Shown: positions 28,801 through 41,146 of the stretch, one piece after another | How positions within the stretch are numbered: the stretch's first letter is position 1 | Layout: each line of letters starts with the position of its first letter | Assembly: GCF_902652985.1 (NCBI RefSeq) | Contig: NC_047016.1 | Coordinates: 18,972,001 to 19,036,000, forward strand | DNA length: 64,000 bases | From: Pecten maximus | Lineage: Eukaryota | Reading direction: 5' to 3' | The notes under the pieces: generated by a model | Told to the model about the DNA's origin: nothing | The model's database searches: none | What the model saw: the letters and a program-made list of their open reading frames with translations, nothing else | Position numbers and translations under genes: made by a program

Positions 28801-31800
28801 TTTACCTGTACTGGGCCCTGAGGTGTGTGGGGATTTACTGATCTGAGTACCTGATATGGGTAATCATACAGTCTATAATTGTCTGTACTGGGCCCTCAGA
28901 AGTGTGTTAGGATTTCCTGATCCGAGTACATAATATGGGTAATCATACGGACTGTATTTACCTGTACTGGGCCCTGAGGTGTGTGGGGATTTCCTGATCT
29001 CAGCATATGACATGGGTTATCATACAGTCTATATTTGCCTGTATTATGCCTGAGGTGTTCAGGACTTTCTGTTCTTGGGACATGACATGGGTAATCATAC
29101 CAGGGACTTTCTGTTGTGAGTATATGATATGGGTAATCATACAGTCTATATTTACCTGTACTCGGGCCTGAGGTGTTCGGGACTTCCTGTTCTGAGGATA
29201 TGACATGGGCTGTGATACTGTTAACAGTAACAGCATTGTCTGGGCCCACCTCCAGAAACACGTAAGGGTCAGTACTAGCCCGGGCAACAACAGGTGTGGC
29301 CCCAGGGGCAGGTGTGGTTGTAGCAGTTCCTGTAGACTGACCAGAAGCCTGGGTGGATGGTGTCTGAAATACAAAATCCATGTAACTATAACAACAAATA
29401 CATGTAACTATAACAACAAATACATGTACACCTGCTTCTTGATTGTAGACATCATATTCCTTTCTTGAGTAAAAGGTGGGAAAATATATACAAGTACAGG
29501 CAACTACAATGACTACAAAATACATCTCCAATCTCTCTTGCTTGAATCCGAACTAACCAGTCAAAACAACTTTCCATAGAAGGCAGATTAAAACTTATAT
29601 TATCGTTTTTCTGATTAGTTTTTCATAATATATTCAACCTGTACCAGGGTTATTGCATTCCAAAGTCAAATTTTGTGCTGTCTGTAGCACCTATTTTTGC
29701 GATGTCACAAGTACCTGCACATACCTTTCAAGAGTCAAACATTGGTAAACTGGAGATCTCCAGTTTACAGACCTTTATCAAACTGAAGATTTTACAAAAC
29801 ATTTTAACCAAGTGCAGAGCTTTTATAAATATAAAAATGAACACAAATTATAATTGATATACAAAGAAATACTATAATTACACAAATATAATTTTCATTT
29901 GTATTGTTTATCCATCAAAAAAGTTCCATGTGTTAAATGATAACACTAAAAATATCATAACTCTACAGACTAGTTGATCGAAACCATATATAGTCATATC
30001 TGTAATAAGAGACCACTCAAAGGAAGCTGTAGAATAGTCTCTTAATACAGATGATCTCTTGAAATATTCACACACTACATCGTACCACTACATCACTTAC
30101 TAACAACATACAACACTACATAGTACCACTACATCACTTACTACCAATATACCACACACTACATCGTACCACTACATCACTTACTAACAACATACAACAC
30201 TACATAGTACCACTACATCACTTACTACCAATATACCACATAGTACCACTACATCACTTACTACCAACATACCACACACTACATAGTACCACTACATCAC
30301 TTACTAACAACATACAACACTACATAGTACCACTACATCACTTACCACCAATATACCACACACTACATAGTACCACTACATCACTTACTACCAATATACC
30401 ACACACTACATAGTACCACTACATCACTTACTACCAACATACCACACACTACATCACTTACTACCAATATACCACACACTACATAGTACCACTACATCAC
30501 TTATTACCAACATACCACAAACTACATAGTACCACTACATCACTTACTACCAATATACCACACACTACATAGTACCACTACATCACTTACTACCAACATA
30601 CCACACACTACATAGTACCACTACATCACTTACCACCAATATACCATACACTACATAGTACCACTATATCACTTACTACCAACATACCACACACTACATA
30701 GTACCACTACATCACTTACTACCAACATACCACACACTACATAGTACCACTACATCACTTACTAACAACATACCACACACTACATCACTTACTACCAATA
30801 TACCACACACTACATAGTACCACTACATCACTTACTAACAATATACCACACACTACATAGTACCACTACATCACTTACTAACAATATACCACACACTACA
30901 TAGTACCACTACATCACTTACTACCAATATACCACACACTACATCACTTACTACCAACATACCACACACTACATAGTACCACTACATCACTTACTACCAA
31001 CATACCACGCACTACATCACACACAATCAAAACACATCTTGTACACTACCTGTGAGGCAGCATGGCTGGAGGCCTGTGATGTAGAAGTAGCTGCAGATGA
31101 GGTTTGCACAGAGGACTGGGTGGCCATATTTCTCTGAGCAGCCTGAGGTCCTCCAACATTGATCTGTGCCTACAAAATATCAGATACATTTAATGGCTCA
31201 GTTTTCCTAAGTACTATCAGTCAAGGTTTATTGTCTGGAATGTAATGATGTAAAGACGTTATGATGTGTTGTATGACATGTTAACTTACATGTATTGGTA
31301 AGGTCTGCTGTATGACATACTAACTTACGTGTATTGGTATGGTGTGTTGTATGACATGTTTACTTACGTGTATTGGTATGGTCTGCTGTATGACATGTTA
31401 ACTTACATGTATTGGTAAGGTCTGCTGTATGACATACTAACTTACGTGTATTGGTATGGTCTGCTGTATGACATGTTTACTTACGTGTATTGGTAAGGTC
31501 TGCTGTATGACATACTAACTTACGTGTATTGGTATGGTCTGCTGTATGACATGTTTACTTACGTGTATTGGTAAGGTCTGCTGTATGACATGTTAACTTA
31601 CGTGTATTGGTATGGTGTGTTGTATGACATGTTAACTTACGTGTATTGGTATGGTCTGCTGTATGACACGTTTACTTACGTGTATTGGTATGGTCTGCTG
31701 TATGACATGTTTACTTACGTGTATTGGTAAGGTCTGCTGTATGATATGTTAACTTACGTGTATTGGTAAGGTCTGCTGTATGATATGTTAACTTACATGT

Positions 31801-34800
31801 ATTGGTAAGGTCTGCTGTATGACATACTAACTTACGTGTATTGGTATGGTCTGCTGTATGACATGTTTACTTACATGTATTGGTATGGTCTGCTGTATGA
31901 CATGTTAACTTACGTGTATTGGTATGGTCTGCTGTATGACATGTTAACTTACATGTATTGGTATGGTCTGCTGTATGACATGTTAACTTACGTGTATTGG
32001 TATGGTCTGCTGTATGACATGTTAACTTACATGTATTGGTATGGTCTGCTGTATGACATGTTAACTTACGTGTATTGGTATGGTCTGCTGTATGACATGT
32101 TAACTTACGTGTATTGGTATGGTCTGCTGTATGACATGTTTACTTACGTGTATTGGTATGGTCTGCTGTATGACATGTTAACTTACATGTATTGGTATGG
32201 TCTGCTGTATGACATGTTAACTTACGTGTATTGGTATGGTCTGCTGTATGACATGTTAACTTACGTGTATTGGTATGGTCTGCTGTATGACATGTTAACT
32301 TACGTGTATTGGTATGGTCTGCTGTATGACATGTTTACTTACATGTATTGGTATGGTCTGCTGTATGACATGTTAACTTACGTGTATTGGTATGGTCTGC
32401 TGTATGACATGTTTACTTACGTGTATTGGTATGGTGTGTTGTATGACATGTTAACTTACGTGTATTGGTATGGTGTGTTGTATGACATGTTTACTTACGT
32501 GTATTGGTATGGTCTGCTGTATGACATGTTTACTTACGTGTATTGGTATGGTCTGCTGTATGACATGTTTACTTACGTGTATTGGTATGGTCTGCTGTAT
32601 GACATGTTTACTTACGTGTATTGGTATGGTCTGCTGTATGACATGTTAACTTACGTGTATTGGTATGGTCTGCTGTATGACATGTTAACTTACGTGTATT
32701 GGTATGGTCTGCTGTATGACATGTTTACTTACGTGTATTGGTATGGTCTGCTGTATGACATGTTAACTTACGTGTATTGGTATGGTCTGCTGTATGACAT
32801 GTTAACTTACGTGTATTGGTATGGTCTGCTGTATGACATGTTTACTTACGTGTATTGGTATGGTCTGCTGTATGACATGTTTACTTACGTGTATTGGTAT
32901 GGTCTGCTGTATGACATGTTTACTTACGTGTATTGGTTTGGTCTGCTGTATGACATGTTAACTTACGTGTATTGGTATGGTCTGCTGTATGACATGTTAA
33001 CTTACGTGTATTGGTATGGTCTGCTGTATGACATGTTAACTTACGTGTATTGGTATGGTCTGCTGTATGACAGCTGCAGGTATAGCTGCTGGAACAAAGG
33101 CTGCGTACAACTGTCGGGGTGACTGTTCTCCCATGTCAACCATCAGGTCACTCAGACTGTGGTAACAATGGCTGATGGCATGCAGAATCTCCCCTACCAT
33201 GTTACACACCTCCTGAGCCTCTCGTGTCTCCTGCATATCATTAACAGTAATATTACACACAAATAAGTGGATGCCTTTGTAGGAAAGGAAAATTGAAGAG
33301 ACAGATTTAGTGTTGACTGTTGAAATTTGTGCAGGAGTATTTTGAAAAATTGTCATGAAATTCCAAGAATCACTTAAGGAGTTATGGGACTGAAAGCTAA
33401 TAAAATCTAATCTTGTCACTGGCAGCAATGTTGAATTTCAGATGCAGCTCAGAAATATGATAAACAAACTATTTATGGTATGCAAGCATTATATTTAGTT
33501 TAACTAACTCAGGAGAACAAATCTTAATGTGCTATAATTTTGTTTTCTCTTAATAACTGTGACCTTGACCTGTTTTGAAATGTCATCCCAAGCAAAACTT
33601 TTCAGTAAAGAAACAAAGATGAAATTTGAGTTTCAATGGCAGAAGGGAACAGAATTCCTAGTCAGAAGCTAATTTTCTATTTACATTTACATCCATTATT
33701 TACTATACACTTTGCAGACAATATTATGAAATCCAGTAAATATGATTACAATATTGTGCATTTTGATTTTTTATCTTTTATTCCTTAGTTATTTATGATC
33801 TACAAATCTTCAAAATGCAATATTTCTGCAATATTGTCTTTTTAGAAATTTAGATAATTGAGAAAACGTTTTCACAGAATACTAAATTTTTGGAAGGAAT
33901 AATTCATAGAAATTTATGTTTTGGTATGTATGTCTTGGAAAATTGGTCTCTCTGCCTTGATAGTATCAAATCTTCAAGAAATTTCAAAGTTAAAGTTTGA
34001 GATGCACTTACAGTATTTCAAAAAGTCAAAACAGTACATGTATATAGCTTTTTATGGATGGCAATGTATTGTAATGGTGACCTTCACCTTTGACTTTTAA
34101 ACTTGACATGTTATCAATCCAATTAAAACACTAAAACAAAATGCATCTCTTATATGCCTGTGAATTGAATAGGGCAAAGGCAACAGTAATATAAATGTTA
34201 ATTAGCCACTGATTAGTCAGGTTTTGCTACTTCATCTCCTTCCAGTGTAGTTTCTGTTAAAACAAAGGAAAATTCTCAAACTATGCATATTTTGTCTAAT
34301 AAATACATTTTTTGGGGGCAAGAATGGGCTTGCAATAGGTGTTGCCATCTTAGTTTGGTTGACATTGGGACACTCTGAGTAAAGAAGTATAGTAAGGAAA
34401 CTGTAACCCAAGACCTTCAGACCTAATAGTAATCACAAGCATGAATATTCAGTATGTAACAGGTAGTCTTAAATTTATGGAAACTCAAGTTATTGTTCAG
34501 AAGTATTTGACTGGATGATGATAATCAGATTTACAGAAGGTACTCACCTCAGCAGGGAGCTGTCTATCCTCTCGTACTATTCTCTGGTAAGTGTCCATAT
34601 GTGGTTGTAGTCGATTGTTTACCTCTCGTACTTCCTCCAACACATCAGCCACTATGGAGATGTTCGGGCGCCTACAGTTATAAGAAAGGATAAAATTTAC
34701 ACAGGGAATGCAACTATTCATGTGTATACCTCATACATATACAGAGATAAAGTACGTGTGACTTTATTAATATTTGTACCTCATACATATACAAAGGTAA

Positions 34801-37800
34801 ATTACCTGTGACGATATTTGTGGATGAATTGTTAAAGATTTCATTACCTCCTTTACTTTTATAAAGCACATATAGTTCTTCTGGAGTTATTGACAAACAT
34901 GGCTAGCTTTTCTACAAACATACAATGGTACCAACATGGCAGTGCTGCACTTTTCAACCTATATTTGTGTACTCAACATTTTACAGCATTTTCTTATCTT
35001 AGTTTGAAATGTGTACAATAAATTGGCAGGTTCTATGATTATACACTTATTTTAAAAGCCTAAAGGATAGTGCAATCTTACACTGGCCCTCTCCTTGGTG
35101 TGTCTGAGGAGCTGCCGTTGGTTGATTGACTACTGCTGTTTTCTGTGGATGGATTTGATTGGCTGTTGTTGGATGCAGAGGTAGTTGGAGGCTCTGGCCT
35201 TGTGGTTGGTGGTGTTTGTGCTTCTGGCTGTGATGGTGTTGGTGCTTCTGGTTGTGATGGTGTTTCTGATCGCACTGGTGTCTGTGATTGACAAGGCTCT
35301 GAAGTATTTGTGTGATTGGTCTGTTGTGTAGACTGTTGTTGGTTTGATTCAGAGACATCCATTGGTGAATCACTGGATCCTTGGCCTCTTTCTGTCTGCT
35401 GCTGCTCTTCCTCAGCAGGGGGATTTCCAAGCCTCTGTACAGGTAAAATGTAAACTTTATTTATTTTACAACAATTGCAAAACAATTTATTTCAACTTAT
35501 ATTAATCACGCTTGTTTGCCCAGATGGAAGCACGCGAGGGTCTTACTGTGTGTGAAAACTAGAGTACCTGGGGAAAACCCATGTGGTCGGGCAGGTGACC
35601 CCATAACCTGGAATCGAACCCCGGCCGCCTAGGTGAAAGGCAAGTGTGTTACCACTATGCCATGCGACCACCTGACTCTGTACAGGTATAACATTGTCAA
35701 AGTCCGGTGTACTATATAGTACCTTGTACCTAATACTTAACAGGTCCAGTTGAAAATCAGATCTTTCTCTCATACCTATTCATGTAATGCTGTTACATAT
35801 TACTGCAATATATCTACGCTATCTGGATCTATGTGACATGGGCATCAATGCAACAACAATGATGTGATGTCATGACCTCTGCAATAAGGCAGCCTTTTGA
35901 TCTGTTGAAACATGGCTGAATGTCGGATGAGAATCTTAAATGATTTGGCAAAATACAAGAGAATATGTGAGTGTGAAGGGTTTGAGTATTCCACCCTCTG
36001 AGTTATAAATTGTGGCTAACCAATAGCAGAGCTTCAAATATTACCATTATTTGTGAACCCTTTCAGTAGAATATCCTTAATACCACATATCATTGCCTAC
36101 ATCAATTACAACCTACTGTTAATGGTGTAATTAGACACTATATACTCACATCCAGTTTGTCAAGGTTTTCTCGTGCCATCTGTAGCATGCGTCTCGCCTG
36201 GTTAATCCTCAGTTGGGACTCACTTTGTCTGGCCCCTGGGACCTGTCCTAGATGAATATGCACATCGACAGAGGAGCCGTCATCCTGAAACATAAATACT
36301 TGTAACATCAGTACATCTCTATCTATCTGTGGTATCTCCTACTGCATACTTCATACTCTATCTCTGAACCATACACATCTGCCTTGTCTAGTACTGTGCA
36401 TTGAATACATGTTTTCGATGATATAAGTATGGGTTGCCCCCGTGATTTGCTGACACACAAGACATGATACATACAGACGCATTAGTTGTAACTCGGGCGT
36501 TCCTTCCCATATCTCCCATGTTACTGACAGCTTGCTGTACAATGTTCTGAAACATATACCAATACAGACTTTCTGTAAAATACTTCTGCTCATATCTCAG
36601 AGTGTTACCAAGTCCATTATTTTTAATTCTGCACAGTATTCTCCCAAAATATCAACTTCACCATTTTTGTATTCATAAAATGTATGAAAAGCTATCCTAA
36701 AGTAGCTGTAAGAAAGTTAATGCAGAGATTTGCAATATTGCTGAACCTTCAGATTTTAATACTCATAAATAATCCCACTTTTCCTTATTATATATATTTC
36801 CTGAAAAATAGAATTACCTCAATGTATAATTTTTTTTAATGCAATTCACTTCCTACTACTGATTTTAAATTAACTTTCAATACCCTCTGCAGATATTCAA
36901 TAGGATTGTTTTCAAATTCTCTACATTTGTAAATGATTTCATTTTGCGCCACTTATTTCCCCTAATGATCTTTTTCTGTAATAAGGTTATTAAGATTATT
37001 AAGAAACGTGATAATTTTACAAATATATTTATAGCATCATTTCAAATGCATCATGTGTATTTGTAATATCATATTGTAATCTCCATCAAATAAATTTTGT
37101 TCCTCCTTTTTCCAATTAACTTTGATTACTTAAATTAACCTAAATGATAATTTTTAACACCTAACAGGAAAAATAACAAGGCAATTTTCCTATAAATTTT
37201 CTTCAGAATACAGAATTGGATGTTTTTCAAATGATGTGATAATTAAGGACAGTAAAGCCAGAAAAGTAACTGTGAGTTGTAGTTCCAAATGAAAAAACCA
37301 CAAATCCTAACTAGAACTGTAAGCCATAGGCTTACTTCATACCCAACTCTTAAATCAATATGTAACAAAAAATTTAAAGGGCCATAACTCCAGACCTGCA
37401 AGCCAAAGGCTATAATTAGGTATGTACAGAAATTGCAAAATGCCATAAATCCCACAAAAATCAATGAAATAAAAAATTAAATAAACAAAAAAGAATAATC
37501 AAGTGATTAACTTAATAATGTTAACAAAGATTAAAAGAAATCGATGAGATAGTAAAGAGTGTTAATTTGGACAGTTTTTATCTAGATACGGACAGATATC
37601 TGTTATCTGATGATAGTGAGTTAAGAACACAAAACAAGGTTTACTTGTTTTGATTCATAATAATGTACATCATATACTGAACTGAAGTATAAACACAAAA
37701 GCTGGTATTACATGCACTTGGTTAGGGTCAGCCACATCAGACGGCAGGTTGATGAAGGAACCAATCAATGTACTGTGGAGGTTCTGTTCACCAGTGGCTC

Positions 37801-40800
37801 CCCCTGTTGGTGGTGTAGCTGCATTGGTGGCACCCCCTCCAGGTCGTGGTGTACTGGATGGAGGCATCCTCTGGACCACATGAATCACCTTTCCATGTAC
37901 ATCTGTATACAAATAATACAGTTAAATAATACTTAACAGAACACATTCTTAAATAAGATGAAAAACTTTGCTGGATTTTGCAAGCATTTTATAGAGTCTT
38001 ACAAAAGGACAGGTTTCTATTTGCAAGTTGATCCAAAATATCTCCAAATAGATTTAATTTTTTTCAATCAGCCAAGTGTATAATCTTAAAGTCAAGCAAA
38101 CTAATTAAAAAAAAACACGAAAAAATTTAATTAAAATGTTTTATAAATGTAAATCTGATAATGGTATCTATATGAATGAGATTCTAAATCAAAAGATTCC
38201 ATCATCTTCAAGGATTTTTTATAAATACTGATGGTTCTTTCCCAATTCGAGCAAAAAGATTCTTATATTTTCCAAATTTCTACAGTGATAAACTGGTAAA
38301 GATTCCAAATTTGTACATAACCAGTTTGTCTATGGTTGGATTATATTGTTATTTGCTATAACTCACCGTAATCCTTCATGTGTTTTTCATCCTGCATCAC
38401 TCGTCCCTGGAATATCAGCCTCTGAATCTCTGCAGATATGTTCTGTAACAATGGATAACATCTGAGCTGGATCTAAATCATTCATATTAAACATGACCTG
38501 TAGGTGGATAGTTGAACCATACCAGCTCTACAGTGACAACACCATATTGAATCATGACTAATTCTGAACTCTGTCCAAGCTAAATTTTAGTCAAAATTGG
38601 CCAGAACATTCATTAACAGTCCCAACAATCACAGTTTCTAATACACAGACTACAATTCTGAAATTTCCTGTGTGTACAAAGTAAATTGTCCTGGCTGACT
38701 ATAATATAAATGTTCCTTATTTGACTGACTTATTATTCCTAAAGATTCAAAAATACACAATAAATAAAGGTACACAACACCAATATTCCATTTTCAGACA
38801 ACTTTTCTGATCATGGTATTATCAAACAACATTAGTAATCATGTTATCATCAGAAAACTTTATCAACTCTATTGTCATGTGTTCATCAAACAATATTTTT
38901 ATCACCATACATAATTATGTTTATTTGTCATCAGTTACATTTGTTATGTTATAATCAGCAATTTTAGTTGTCCCATTGCCGTCAGATAATGTCAGTTATC
39001 CTGTTGTCATTGGACAACATTATTATTTATCTTATCATAAGACTTACTACATTATTAATTCTATTATCATCAGATGGCATGAGTGATTCTGTTATCATCA
39101 GATGGCATGAGTGATTATGTTATCATCAGATGGCATGAGTGATTCTGTTATCATCAGATGACAATAGTGATTCTGTTATCATCAGATGGCATGAGTGATT
39201 CTGTTATCATCAGATGACATGAGTGATTCTGTTATCATCAGATGGCATGAGTGATTATGTTATCATCAGATGGCATGAGTGATTCTGTTATCATCAGATG
39301 ACAATAGTGATTCTGTTATCATCAGATGGCATGAGTGATTCTGTTATCATCAGATGACATGAGTGATTCTGTTATCATCAGATGACATGAGTGATTCTGT
39401 TATCATCAGATGGCATGAGTGATTCTGTTATCATCAGATGGCATGAGTGATTCTGTTATCATCAGATGGCATGAGTGATTCTGTTATCATCAGATGACAT
39501 GAGTGATTCTGTTATCATCAGATGACATGAGTGATTCTGTTATCATCAGATGGCATGAGTGATTGTTATCATCAGATGACATGAGTGATTCTGTTATCAT
39601 CAGATGGCATGAGTGATTCTGTTATCATCAGATGGCATGAGTGATTCTGTTATCATCAGATGGCATGAGTGATTCTGTTATCAGATGACATGAGTGATTC
39701 TGTTAACATCAGATGGCATGAGTGATTCTGTTATCATCAGATGGCATGAGTGATTCTGTTATCACAGTGATTTTTCAGCCTATTTTGGGAAAAAATAACT
39801 TTCCTGGAAATTGGGAAAATCTAACGCGGAAAATGATATTTTTGGGGAAAATTGTAAATTTGAATTACAAATAAATTATTATATACATTTAAACAATAAA
39901 CAAACAATTAAATGGAGATCACTTTGGTTTTATTTTTTCTATTTTGTTGTGACAGTGTTCACAAGGGTATTTGTCTGTCTTTTTTGTTTTTGAACAAGAG
40001 GATCAGAGATCCGAGGTCCTCTGCGGACAAGTGTTCTGGTCCCTCAAAATTAATTCTCATCAAAAGGCGTCGATCTCATTTTGGTTTTCCTTTAAGTAGA
40101 CCTATGTTGACTTGACAGTCGGTGTCCGGCTCGGCGACTGAAGGTGGCGGAGATACTGACGTAGCAGGCTTTGTCCCGACAATCGGAGTGGACTGGCATG
40201 TATACTATGGGTTCTGATAATGCCGTCTGTGTTGGTGTTTTGGGTTTAATAGTTCAGTCAGGGTTTTGGAGCCCTTGCTGTCGGATAATCGTATTTTCTT
40301 TGCGTAGTACTTGCCATTATGTGAGGCCGCCATTTTATGGCGATTCGTGATCACCCAAGCGTTTGCACATTACTTGTATACTAATGGCAAAAACAGCGAC
40401 CGGGTCAAAATATCCGGAATTGAAATCGGTAATTATTTGGGAATTTCGGCGGGACAATTGGGATTTTTTTTAATGAAATCTCATTGGGAATGGGATCGGT
40501 ACCCGACCCTATTTATATAGGCTGAAAAATCACTGTATCATCATATCATCAGATGACATGAGTGATTCTGTTATCATCAGATGACATGAGTGATTATGTT
40601 ATCATCAGATGACATGAGTGATTATGTTATCATCAGATGACATGAGTGATTCTGTTATCATCAGATGGCATGAGTGATTCTGTTATCATCAGATGATATG
40701 AGTGATTCTGTTATCATCAGATGACATGAGTGATCTATAGTAATATATCAGAGTTATTAACAAGAAAACAATAAGCTTATACTTACTATTGAATTTGCTA

Positions 40801-41146
40801 TTTTTTCTTTAAATTGTTTCACAGTAATCTGAAATAAAAATAGAAAAATTTCTTCAGTATAATTAAATTGCTAGATAGCTTTTTAATAACATATAATAGG
40901 TACAATAACCCAGAAACACTGACATATAATTAATACAGCCGTCTGAGAAAACGGAACCAACAAGACTTTTCTGTATCTAACTTACATACACAGAGTATTC
41001 TCAAGAAAAATGTATAGCTCCTTTTTTTTCATAAGATGCATATTCTTGGAAACATGGGATTTTATTCTGCCTACAAGACTTACATTCTCCGGTACACTGT
41101 AATTCCTATTCTGCCCATCCAGGGTTTTCACGGTCACATCCATCAT
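16840..41146 (-). CDS. BAG6: Large proline-rich protein BAG6 (BAT3/Scythe), about 1391 aa, 22 coding exons
   Basis: Exons: 41146-41084, 40828-40787, 38442-38367, 37902-37712, 36546-36475, 36284-36150, 35434-35082, 34671-34548, 33230-33045, 31169-31050, 29363-29156, 28551-28450, 28022-27655, 26965-26402, 25905-25590, 25237-25014, 22161-22059, 21375-21245, 20463-20221, 18093-17917, 17542-17435, 17109-16840. All are GT-AG and phase-consistent (4176 nt). N-terminal UBL MMDVTVKTLDGQNRNYSVPENITVKQFKEKIA..QRLIFQGRVMQDEK..KVIHVVQRMPP; C-terminal DWVPII..FSDTYLQGMPAKRRK (NLS) and RLNSDSDYRPEQFPN. Confidence 0.95.
18225..19900. repeat. 39-bp minisatellite (36/40-bp variants) in BAG6 intron 19
   Basis: TCACACACATCAACAGGTATCTATACGTCCACAAGTAAC, about 43 copies, bracketed by a direct repeat (about 18133-18260 and 19895-20015). 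Confidence 0.96.
20681..21100 (-). mobile_element. Degenerate HINE-like element fragment
   Basis: Starts AACAAGAG like the other elements' termini, has two degenerate TACCAAnTTTCAAAG repeats, and ends GGACAAC..CTATAATACCC. Confidence 0.35.
22480..24400. repeat. 27-28-bp minisatellite in BAG6 intron 16
   Basis: TACTGAAATCTGCAGCCCTTCATTGTTA and variants, about 68 copies. Confidence 0.96.
26117..26258. repeat. 35-bp tandem repeat, 4 copies, BAG6 intron 14
   Basis: CTTACCATTAATATTTGTATTTAGTATATTTGTAT. Confidence 0.88.
28680..29210 (-). repeat. Degenerate ~75-85-bp tandem repeat derived from the BAG6 exon 11 3' end plus donor
   Basis: TTTACCTGTACT(C)GGGCC(C)TGAGGTGT..ATATGACATGGG recurs at about 28714, 28801, 28880, 28957, 29033 and 29151 (the real junction). 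Confidence 0.88.
30070..31022. repeat. 43-bp minisatellite (30-bp deletion variants) in BAG6 intron 10
   Basis: CACTACATAGTACCACTACATCACTTACTACCAACATACCACA, about 23 copies. Confidence 0.95.
31265..33071 (-). repeat. 39-bp minisatellite made of the last 27 nt of BAG6 exon 9 plus the first 12 nt of intron 9, about 46 copies
   Basis: Sense unit GTCATACAGCAGACCATACCAATACAC|GTAAGTTAACAT, identical to the real junction at 33071-33033. Confidence 0.97.
35484..35672 (-). mobile_element. tRNA-derived SINE with V-domain-like core
   Basis: A box TGGCATAGTGG, B box GGTTCGATTCC, core GGTTTTCCCCAGGTACTCTAGTTTTC, A-rich tail. Confidence 0.8.
39065..40735. repeat. 28-bp minisatellite (ATCAGATGGCATGAGTGATTCTGTTATC) in BAG6 intron 2, split by a TIR element
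   Basis: Arrays at 39065-39764 and 40545-40735. Confidence 0.95.
39765..40535. mobile_element. 771-bp non-autonomous TIR DNA transposon (hAT-like ends)
   Basis: Perfect 19-bp TIR CAGTGATTTTTCAGCCTAT / ATAGGCTGAAAAATCACTG, flanked by TATCA on both sides; subterminal TTGGGA motifs; no transposase ORF. Confidence 0.9.

Noticed and set aside
31836-33122. 428-aa YWYGLLYDMLTY ORF on the plus strand
   Set aside because: Antisense reading of the splice-junction array; no independent gene signals.
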